Assembly: GCA_001029715.1 (NCBI GenBank)
Contig: CP011212.1
Coordinates: forward strand, 617,715 to 681,714
Origin: a candidate division TM6 bacterium GW2011_GWF2_28_16
GTDB lineage: Bacteria > Patescibacteriota > Microgenomatia > UBA1400 > PJMF01
DNA: 64,000 bases
Reading direction: 5' to 3'
The notes under the pieces were generated by a model. That model was not told the origin of the DNA and ran no database searches. It saw only the letters and a list, made by a program, of their open reading frames with translations. Position numbers and translations under genes: made by a program. Every line of letters starts with the position of its first letter. The first letter of the stretch is position 1. Below, in pieces: positions 55,657-64,000 of the stretch.

Positions 55657-57111
55657 TTAAAAAGTAGCAGAGGCCGTATAAACAAGATAATTTTCATAAC
55701 CTCCAGCCGCATTGGTAGCAGCAGGAGTAATACGATAACAAACGTCGACTATGTCGCTAGATGCTACGGTTGCTTTATTAAAAATGGTTTGTGCCACTTC
55801 AGAATCTGCCAAATCAGCAAATTGCTTAGCTGAAAAAGTTCTACTAGATTCATTATAAGTAAAAACCAAAGTCGGAGTACCTGCAGCCGCAACTAAACTA
55901 TAACCAAAACCAGGATCTCCAGAGGCATCTGTCCAATCAGCTGAGGCAGTGTGAGAAGCTCCAGTAACACTAGCGTCACTTATACAGCTAATGCTCGCTG
56001 AACCATCTCCAGCACAAGCAGCGGCATCGCGACCAAGCTGATCATTTTCAGCAGCAGTAACCGAATAGCCTCCAATGGCATTAGTCGTGACAGTCAATCT
56101 TTGGGCAGCATCTGTAAAAGAAGCAACGGTTAGATCACCGAAAGGAACAGTTAGGGCAGTGGTAGTTACATCAGTACTAATTCCGCAAGCAGAGCTACCA
56201 GAATTTAAACCAGCAATTGTAAAAGTTAGCTGTGGAGCAATGGTGGCAGAAACCTTGACTGCATCAATTACGCCTATTTTAGTAACAGTTTGATCAATTA
56301 CAGAATCAGCCGAATCTCTTTGCTGAATAATAACCGCATAAGTGTCTGCCTGGCCAAGCACGTGATCAGTAGAACCTGATTTTGGAGCTGGATTAATCAA
56401 GTCAGAAATAATAAAAGCCTCTTCAGTTGTCCCATCAAAAGGAGTTCCAACAGCACCCAAGCCGTCATAAGCACAAATAAAAGAGTGATAGTTTATTCCA
56501 TCGAGTGTTACTGGAACAGCCTCGGCATTATTTGAAGTAGCAGTGAAAGTACCATAACTAGCAGTAACTGGACAGGCAATCGAAGCTGGAGTTCCATCAG
56601 TATTACCAAACTCAAAACCACCTTCATCTGGATAGCCATCGTGAGAAGTACTGGTGGCTGAAACTGCAGGAACTAAGATTCGAAAAGAACCAGCATTTAA
56701 AGCACTGATGGTAGTTAAGCGCACTGTTAAAGTAGCAGATTGAGAAGCATAGACACCAAAATCATCTGTTATATCACTTGCATCTAAACCAGCAGTTAAA
56801 TTAAAAGTATTGTCGCTAGCGTCATCAATAGTTGTCGCTACAGTATATTCAGAATCATTAATCAAAACAGTGTCACGGTTTTGTAGTTGTAAAACTGATT
56901 CAGATGGGTAATTGGTAACATCAATAGTTACCAAAGAGGAACCGGTTATCTGAGCTCCTTCCAAAGCACCTTTAAAAGAAAGCCTTGCATTACTAAGGGT
57001 GGCTGAAGTACTAGTAAATTCTCCAGAGAAAACTACAAACTTTTTAGCTACAAAAAAGACAATAAAAACTGATGACAGTAAAAATAAACACTTCTTAATA
57101 TTTAAGTTCAT
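55657..57111 (-). CDS. Secreted T/S/A-rich surface protein sharing a conserved C-terminal domain with ORF 58230-59000
   Basis: A signal peptide and repetitive beta-rich sequence. The C-terminal block …ADWTDASGDPGFGYSL…AKQFADLADSEVAQTI…GGYENYLVYTASATF is shared with …TSWTDPAQAGFGFNASG…FRQFADNEASEAMQQI…GNYQTSIVFVAVPGY. Confidence 0.5.
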   Translation of the reverse strand: MNLNIKKCLFLLSSVFIVFFVAKKFVVFSGEFTSTSATLSNARLSFKGALEGAQITGSSLVTIDVTNYPSESVLQLQNRDTVLINDSEYTVATTIDDASDNTFNLTAGLDASDITDDFGVYASQSATLTVRLTTISALNAGSFRILVPAVSATSTSHDGYPDEGGFEFGNTDGTPASIACPVTASYGTFTATSNNAEAVPVTLDGINYHSFICAYDGLGAVGTPFDGTTEEAFIISDLINPAPKSGSTDHVLGQADTYAVIIQQRDSADSVIDQTVTKIGVIDAVKVSATIAPQLTFTIAGLNSGSSACGISTDVTTTALTVPFGDLTVASFTDAAQRLTVTTNAIGGYSVTAAENDQLGRDAAACAGDGSASISCISDASVTGASHTASADWTDASGDPGFGYSLVAAAGTPTLVFTYNESSRTFSAKQFADLADSEVAQTIFNKATVASSDIVDVCYRITPAATNAAGGYENYLVYTASATF

Positions 57112-57159
57112 AGTTCGTATTGTTTTGATTTAAATTTTACTATTTTAATATAAACCACT

Positions 57160-58218
57160 TTAATTATTCAAGTCAACAGGTTTTTTAAAAGATTTAACAA
57201 GCAAATTAAAAGTCCAATATATGAGCGGTAATAAAATAGCGATTAATAAAACAGAAAAAGGTAAAACAATCACTCTTTTTTGTAAAATATCATCACCAAC
57301 TTTTAGTTCTAAATCATAAGCTCCAATAAGGAAACTTTTTTTGTAAAATTGTTTTGTTTTTAATTTTTCATTAATAAATTTTGCTTTCTTTGCTTCGTAG
57401 TCTTCGCCAGCGGCTATTTTAATATCTTTGCTTTCCTCCATTTTTGCTAAAGTTTCAAGATCTTCCTGCAACATTGACCTTACTAATCTTTTTCCTCCAG
57501 CTAAAACCATGTCTGGATAAAGCTCATATATTTCTACATTCTGATCTGGCCAATGACTAATTTTAATATACCCATCGACTGAAGTAGCATTAATTCCTAT
57601 GTTTTTAACTAAAGCCGAAAAATTAAAACCAATAAAACTATCAGCCATTTTTGGCAAAAAGAATTGTTCAATGGTCAACTCTCCGCGATTTTGATCATCA
57701 GCACTAACTAACAAAATCACATTACTAACTACGACTGCAGAAAGAGAAGTGTCTTTACTAGAATCATTAGTGTAAAGAAGTTGCTTAGCTTGAAAAAGAA
57801 TAGATAAGTAATGTTCCTTATATTCAGCATCAGAGGGTAGAGCAATTACAAAATTAAGAGTTTGCTCTTCACCTGGCTTAATAATAAAGCTCTTACTCCA
57901 TTTATTTTCATCACCATCAAGATTGAGATACTTAAAATCACTTTTCTGCTCCAAAATTACTTGACCCACTTGATCGTCGCTATGAAAATTAACCAAAGCA
58001 GGAGTAATTTCTAAAGTATAGAGCCCATCATTTTTTAATTTAATTTGATGATTAACACCAGCTCCTGGTTTAACCGACAAATACGAAGTAGGAGGAAAAA
58101 CTTTTAAATCCAAAGCTGAAGCAGCTTTGATAAGATTGGAATTGATGGCTAAAAAAAATAATGCAAAAAAGCAATAACGCATGCAAACAGTGACTTGATT
58201 TAAAAATTTTAAAAACAT
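57160..58218 (-). CDS. Membrane-anchored cell-surface protein, DUF916/DUF3324-like, paralog 2
   Basis: Signal peptide, then LKVFPPTSYLSVKPGAGVNHQIKLKNDGLYTLEITPALVNF. A C-terminal TM helix is followed by a KSFKK tail. Confidence 0.45.
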   Translation of the reverse strand: MFLKFLNQVTVCMRYCFFALFFLAINSNLIKAASALDLKVFPPTSYLSVKPGAGVNHQIKLKNDGLYTLEITPALVNFHSDDQVGQVILEQKSDFKYLNLDGDENKWSKSFIIKPGEEQTLNFVIALPSDAEYKEHYLSILFQAKQLLYTNDSSKDTSLSAVVVSNVILLVSADDQNRGELTIEQFFLPKMADSFIGFNFSALVKNIGINATSVDGYIKISHWPDQNVEIYELYPDMVLAGGKRLVRSMLQEDLETLAKMEESKDIKIAAGEDYEAKKAKFINEKLKTKQFYKKSFLIGAYDLELKVGDDILQKRVIVLPFSVLLIAILLPLIYWTFNLLVKSFKKPVDLNN

Positions 58219-58229
58219 ATTAACTTAAT

Positions 58230-59000
58230 CTAATACCCTGGTACCGCTACAAAAACTATACTGGTCTGATAATTGCCAGCCGTTTGATTGCCAGGCATTG
58301 AAGCCTTGTAACTAATGGTGGCAGTGCGATCCAAGGCAACATTACTCGAACCCATAATCTGTTGCATCGCTTCGCTCGCTTCATTATCAGCAAACTGACG
58401 GAAATAATTAGTGTTTACAAAATCACTAGATACATCGTCACCGCTGGCATTAAAACCAAAACCAGCCTGAGCTGGATCGGTCCAAGACGTAGCAATTGTT
58501 TCATCACAATCATTTGCATCACAAGTTGTGTCAATAATAGTATCCGAACCAGCAACCATTCTTAAAGGATGGTTTTCAAAAGCATAAACTCCATAACCAC
58601 CAGCTCCATTAGTGGTAATATTAATTGTATGGGAATCAGTTTTAAAACTGTTTGCAAAAAGCTCTCCTAATTCAATACTCAACTTAGAAATACTAAAAGC
58701 AAAATAATCTATTTGATAAACGTATTGAAAACCACTCCCAATAAAATAATTGCTACTACCATATTGTCCATAAGGTCCAACTGCTAAACCACCCATGGTG
58801 TCAGATAAAATATAAGTATCTCCAGATCTTTTTCCAGAAGCCATATTGAAATTACCAAACTGAATTTTGTAAGAGTCAGACTCCATGTTGTCAGCAAAAA
58901 CCTGGCTTTTTTGTCCGGCAAAAAAATAAAACAGAATAAAAAATAAGAAAACCGGTTGAAAAAGTTTAGCTTTCATCATTTTTTTGAGCCGAGAGCTCAA
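58230..59000 (-). CDS. Secreted surface protein sharing a conserved C-terminal domain with ORF 55657-57111
   Basis: Signal peptide and shared WTD…GFG…QFAD…Y…VxxA C-terminal block. Confidence 0.5.
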   Translation of the reverse strand: MSSRLKKMMKAKLFQPVFLFFILFYFFAGQKSQVFADNMESDSYKIQFGNFNMASGKRSGDTYILSDTMGGLAVGPYGQYGSSNYFIGSGFQYVYQIDYFAFSISKLSIELGELFANSFKTDSHTINITTNGAGGYGVYAFENHPLRMVAGSDTIIDTTCDANDCDETIATSWTDPAQAGFGFNASGDDVSSDFVNTNYFRQFADNEASEAMQQIMGSSNVALDRTATISYKASMPGNQTAGNYQTSIVFVAVPGY

Positions 59001-59742
59001 TTTCTACCTCTTCTATTAAAGCCTCCATTTTTTCATCATTCAGCTTGTTTTTTTCAGCAATTTGTTTTGTTAGCAGATTCAAATCTCTTTTAAGCACCTT
59101 AACTTCCGATTCTATTGTTGACTTATTTTTTTCAGGAAAGCTGAGAAGGAATTCCAACATTGGCAACCGTCTATCTAGAAGAGAAGAAACGAATTCAGCA
59201 ACTGCTCGATCGTCGCTCTGAGCCCTATTTAACTCTCTCGCCTCAGCGTCAACTAACAAAGAGCTATGGTAAGCCTTCTCATATTGATCCTTAGCAAAAA
59301 GATAAAAAATCATCACCACTGGCAAAGCCAATAAATTAGATAATTCTGAAACTGACAAAACAAAATTACTACTTGTGGCAATACTCAGGCTGAAATGAAA
59401 AACCATGATTTCTAAAGCCATTAAAATTGCGACTTTATTAAGAGTCGCTAAAGCAATAAAAAACAATTCAATAAAAGTCAAAGCAAAAAATGGAGAAGAG
59501 AGCGAACCGCTGGCTCCTATTAATAGTAAAAAAGCAAAATTAATTAAAGCTAAATTAGCTGAAGAATTTTCAGGTAAAATCAAATAAACACGCCCTCTTT
59601 GTTTTTTTTGCAAAATTAGATATATAGCGGTAATTAAGGCAAAAACTTGTAGTGAATAATGTCTCAAAAAAGGCACTTGTAAATACAAATAAGCACCAAG
59701 AACACTCATCGTTAACAAAATAGCATGTTTAATGGCAGGCAT
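58966..59742 (-). CDS. Polytopic membrane protein with a cytoplasmic coiled-coil tail; first gene of the surface-protein operon
   Basis: About 5 hydrophobic helices followed by a charged coiled-coil C-terminus. It overlaps the next gene by 35 nt. Confidence 0.45.
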   Translation of the reverse strand: MPAIKHAILLTMSVLGAYLYLQVPFLRHYSLQVFALITAIYLILQKKQRGRVYLILPENSSANLALINFAFLLLIGASGSLSSPFFALTFIELFFIALATLNKVAILMALEIMVFHFSLSIATSSNFVLSVSELSNLLALPVVMIFYLFAKDQYEKAYHSSLLVDAEARELNRAQSDDRAVAEFVSSLLDRRLPMLEFLLSFPEKNKSTIESEVKVLKRDLNLLTKQIAEKNKLNDEKMEALIEEVEIELSAQKNDES

Positions 59743-60069
59743 ATTAAAAAGTATAAAGTAAATAAGCCATATTGACTATTGTCTTTTAACAAACTTGCCC
59801 TTAAAATAACTCCCACTTAACAGTTTTGTTCTCAGTAGGGATAAAATTCCTCAGCGTTTAAGAGATTAGGGAAAGCTAATAAAAGTTTTCTTTCCTTTTT
59901 TTGCCTTTTGCGCTTAGCTTAGTTGAGTAAAAGATCTTTAAAAAGTAAACAGCCAAATAATTGGAAATAAATATAGTGATAGAAAGTGTGCAAGGATTTT
60001 TCTCCAAAAGAGAAAGATCCGTCAATTTTTTAAGTAAATCAAATTAGTTTTTATAGAGCTAATCAAACT

Positions 60070-61557
<1,488 letters not shown>

Positions 61558-61710
61558 TAAGGAGAATGGGTAGGGGTTTTTTCACGACCTCCTTCTCCCA
61601 TCTAGGGTGACCTAGATGAAACAACAACAAAATCCTATGACCAAGTGTCTAGGTCTCACTTTCTGTCACTGTATTTGTATCTAAATTGGCTTTTTACTTT
61701 TGCTTTTGAT

Positions 61711-61737
61711 GAACCGCTTTTTATGGCGGTTTTTTTG
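61711..61737 (+). terminator. Rho-independent terminator ~150 nt after the 16S 3' end
   Basis: AACCGCtttttatgGCGGTTTTTTTG. Confidence 0.65.
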
Positions 61738-61803
61738 TGCCAATTTCACAAATTTAGATCGATAGGTTACAATCGGATTAAATTTAGTTAAAAGAAAGAA
61801 ATT

Positions 61804-62025
61804 ATGACAGAACAAAAGTATAGAGATCACAGTCAAGAAACTATGAGAAAAGGAATTCCTCCCGATCCAGAAATAATGAAAAGATTTGAACAAAATAGAA
61901 CAGAAGTTGTTAGAGCATTCAAAAATCCCGACCTATCTTACAAAGAAGCAATGGCTTTAGCGATTGATTTACTTGGAGAAGAAGAAGCAAGAGCAATAGG
62001 AGAGGGGCTGACTAAAGAAAATTAA
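61804..62025 (+). CDS. Small hypothetical protein (73 aa) in the 16S/tRNA-Ile spacer
   Basis: ORF with a plausible promoter (TTCACA-17-TACAAT, 61751-61779). It shares an A(M)ALA..LLG.EEA motif with the next ORF. Confidence 0.4.
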   Translation: MTEQKYRDHSQETMRKGIPPDPEIMKRFEQNRTEVVRAFKNPDLSYKEAMALAIDLLGEEEARAIGEGLTKEN

Positions 62026-62033
62026 GGAAAAAC

Positions 62034-62234
62034 ATGACTACCTATCGTGAGGAAGAAAATAACAAATTGATAAGCGATTTTCAAGAATTAAGAAAAGAGC
62101 ACGATAGTAAAATGGAAAAAGCCAGAGAAATACTAAAGCAAGACCTTCCTCCGTTTTTAGCATTAGCAATGGCATCTAGAATTATTGGCAGAGAAGAGGC
62201 CAAAAAACTGCAAAAAACTATTTCTAAAAAGTAG
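62034..62234 (+). CDS. Small hypothetical protein (66 aa), weak paralog of the preceding ORF
   Basis: The two are tandem with an 8-nt gap. The shared motif is LALAMASRIIGREEAKKL vs AMALAIDLLGEEEARAI. Confidence 0.4.
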   Translation: MTTYREEENNKLISDFQELRKEHDSKMEKAREILKQDLPPFLALAMASRIIGREEAKKLQKTISKK

Positions 62235-62461
62235 TCTAAAAATAATTACTTCTGTTTTTAATAAATATATCGAAATGTATCAAAATATATACTGATATAT
62301 CAATTCTTCTGCCTGAGAGAGCAAATTGGCAGAGTCATCTAATGATTGCTAATTAGCCGATGTAGTGCTAAAATTTTTAAACAAGATAATTATTCAAATC
62401 CTTGAGGAAAAATTTGATGGTAAAAAATCCATCATGTGTTAAAATATAACTCTGTTTAAAT

Positions 62462-62535
62462 GGGTGTGTAGCTCAGATGGTTAGAGCGCAGTCCTGATAA
62501 GACTGAGGTCCTTGGTTCGATTCCAAGCACACCCA
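62462..62535 (+). tRNA. tRNA-Ile (anticodon GAU)
   Basis: GGGTGTGTAGCTCAGATGGTTAGAGC…CCTGATAAG…GGTTCGATTCC…CACACCCA. Confidence 0.85.
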
Positions 62536-62605
62536 CTATAGAGCGAGAATGGCGCCTGTCTAGTACTCTAAAAGTACTCTATCTTTCCTCAAAGGTGCTT
62601 GAAAT

Positions 62606-64000
62606 ATGTTGAAACAAAAATCTCTACCAGCTAGCCAACTCACCTTACCAGTTATTCCTATTCGTGAGGGCGTTTTATTTCCATCGACTGAATCGGTTTT
62701 AACTTTTGGTAGAAAATTATCACTGCAAGCTATTAAACAGGGAGAAGGAAACGGTAAATACGTTGTTTTGTTAACTCAAAAAAAAGCCAGCTTAGAAAAA
62801 CCTAAGAGTTCAGACTTATATCAAATTGGTACTTTAGGCATTGTTGAAAAAACATTAACCACTGGCGACAGCGTCAGTGCTCTTGTGAGAGGCGTCGGTC
62901 GTGTCAGAGTCCAAAATTTTATCCAAGATCGTCCTTTTATCATTGCTAGCGTTGAAAAACTTTATGATTTGTTCGAAAGAGATGAAGAGCTAACAGCTCT
63001 TAATAATCAGCTTCAAAAACTTTTTAAAAAAACTGTCCAAATGGGCAAACAAATTGAATTCTTAAACTTCATTAAGTTGTTGAGTGGTGTCAACGAAGGG
63101 GAAATGGCTGACCAAATTGCCAGCACCCTTAGTTTGTCCACCAAAGAAAAACAAGAAATTTTAGAAATTTCTGAGGTTAAAAGTAGAATTAAAAAAATTA
63201 TTTTTCATTTATCCAAAGAAGTTAAAGTTTTGGAAATTGAAAAAGACGTCTCCAAAAAAACTCAAGCTAAATTTGACCAGCACATGCGCGAAAGCATTTT
63301 GCGCGAACGCATGCACACCATTCAAAAAGAATTGGGCGAAATCGATGATGAAGAAGAAATAATCAGTGATTACTCTAAAAAACTTAAGAAAATTAAGCTT
63401 CCTAAAGAAATAGCAGAGCGCGTTCAAAAAGAAATTAAAAAGCTAGAACAAATGTCGCCTAACAATCCTGAAGGATCTTATATTCGTAGTTGGCTAGACT
63501 TAGTTTTGGAATTGCCTTTTGGCAAATTCAAAAATAAGCAAATTGACATTAAAAAAGCATCCGAAATGCTAGACAAAGATCATTATGGCTTAGAAGACGT
63601 CAAAGATCGTGTCCTTGAATACATGTCAGTTTTACAGCTTAAACAAAAACAAAAGAGCAAAAAAAGTAAAAATATTCCTACCATTCTATGTTTTGTTGGC
63701 CCTCCTGGAGTTGGTAAAACTAGTATTGGTCGTTCTATTGCTAACGCACTTGGTCGCGATTTCACTAAGATTTCTCTAGGTGGAGTGAAGGATGAGGCAG
63801 AAATTCGTGGTCACAGACGTACCTATGTTGGCGCTATGCCAGGTAGAATCATCAAAGCTATTTCCAACGCCAAAAGCATTAATCCTGTTTTTATGCTTGA
63901 TGAAGTCGATAAACTTGGTAACGATTTTCGTGGTGATCCTAGCTCAGCTCTCTTGGAAGTACTTGATCCAGAACAGAATCACGCCTTTGAAGATCACTAT
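62606..64000 (+). CDS. lon: ATP-dependent Lon protease, 3'-truncated at window edge
   Basis: Lon N-terminal substrate-binding domain (…LPVIPIREGVLFP…), a coiled-coil region and the AAA+ module with Walker A GPPGVGKTS and Walker B FMLDEVDK. The ORF is open to the window end. Confidence 0.9.
   Translation, partial: MLKQKSLPASQLTLPVIPIREGVLFPSTESVLTFGRKLSLQAIKQGEGNGKYVVLLTQKKASLEKPKSSDLYQIGTLGIVEKTLTTGDSVSALVRGVGRVRVQNFIQDRPFIIASVEKLYDLFERDEELTALNNQLQKLFKKTVQMGKQIEFLNFIKLLSGVNEGEMADQIASTLSLSTKEKQEILEISEVKSRIKKIIFHLSKEVKVLEIEKDVSKKTQAKFDQHMRESILRERMHTIQKELGEIDDEEEIISDYSKKLKKIKLPKEIAERVQKEIKKLEQMSPNNPEGSYIRSWLDLVLELPFGKFKNKQIDIKKASEMLDKDHYGLEDVKDRVLEYMSVLQLKQKQKSKKSKNIPTILCFVGPPGVGKTSIGRSIANALGRDFTKISLGGVKDEAEIRGHRRTYVGAMPGRIIKAISNAKSINPVFMLDEVDKLGNDFRGDPSSALLEVLDPEQNHAFEDHY

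Noticed and set aside
55657-59000. Calling the secreted paralogs bona fide WxL-domain proteins
   Set aside because: The shared C-terminal block has W-T-D rather than the W-x-L motifs, and two such motifs are not evident. Only the organisational analogy to Csc loci is reported.

Overview
This 64-kb window comes from a low-GC, compact bacterial genome, probably a CPR/Patescibacteria-type monoderm. The 16S gene has substitutions in the normally universal 338 and 515 primer regions and is not followed by a 23S gene. The window also contains many small hypothetical and surface proteins.

Housekeeping content includes proS (5' truncated), a DHH phosphoesterase, a HIT protein, an OmpR-type response regulator, rpsU, RNase P RNA, comM, and murE-murC. 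There are six tRNAs (Leu-UAA, Pro-UGG, Gln-UUG, His-GUG, Arg-UCU, Ile-GAU). Further genes are an ABC exporter, an SDR, recQ, a mazG-like gene, a bacterial Elp3-like radical-SAM/GNAT enzyme with a divergent SAM methyltransferase, a frameshifted aldo-keto reductase, SGNH and HAD hydrolases, an LMW-PTP, and a cytochrome b5-like protein next to TspO. Also present are an OafA-like acyltransferase, cyclophilin, 2-oxoacid:ferredoxin oxidoreductase alpha/beta with flavodoxin, pyruvate kinase, an NDP-sugar pyrophosphorylase, a clustered uvrB-uvrA-uvrC, the 16S rRNA and lon (3' truncated).

Three accessory-looking loci stand out.
(i) 9.7-14.9 kb: an AT-rich three-gene block immediately after tRNA-Leu/tRNA-Pro. 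It encodes two HExxH zincin-like proteins, one fused to a vWA/MIDAS domain, plus an 810-aa AAA+ (MoxR/AAA_5-like) ATPase. This is a vWA-MoxR type NTP-dependent system of unknown function.
(ii) 44.5-52.6 kb: a peptide-ligase/peptidase neighbourhood. It holds a transglutaminase-like surface protein, a 7-TM membrane protein, a RimK-like ATP-grasp fused to a retropepsin-like (RimB-like) domain whose catalytic Asp is replaced, a MATCAP/DUF1704-type HExxxH plus QEGLA carboxypeptidase, and a second convergent ATP-grasp enzyme.
(iii) 52.7-59.7 kb: a six-gene minus-strand operon of secreted or membrane-anchored surface proteins built from two alternating paralog pairs.

A conserved, near-consensus sigma70-type promoter module with an upstream palindrome is repeated in front of rpsU and tRNA-Gln.
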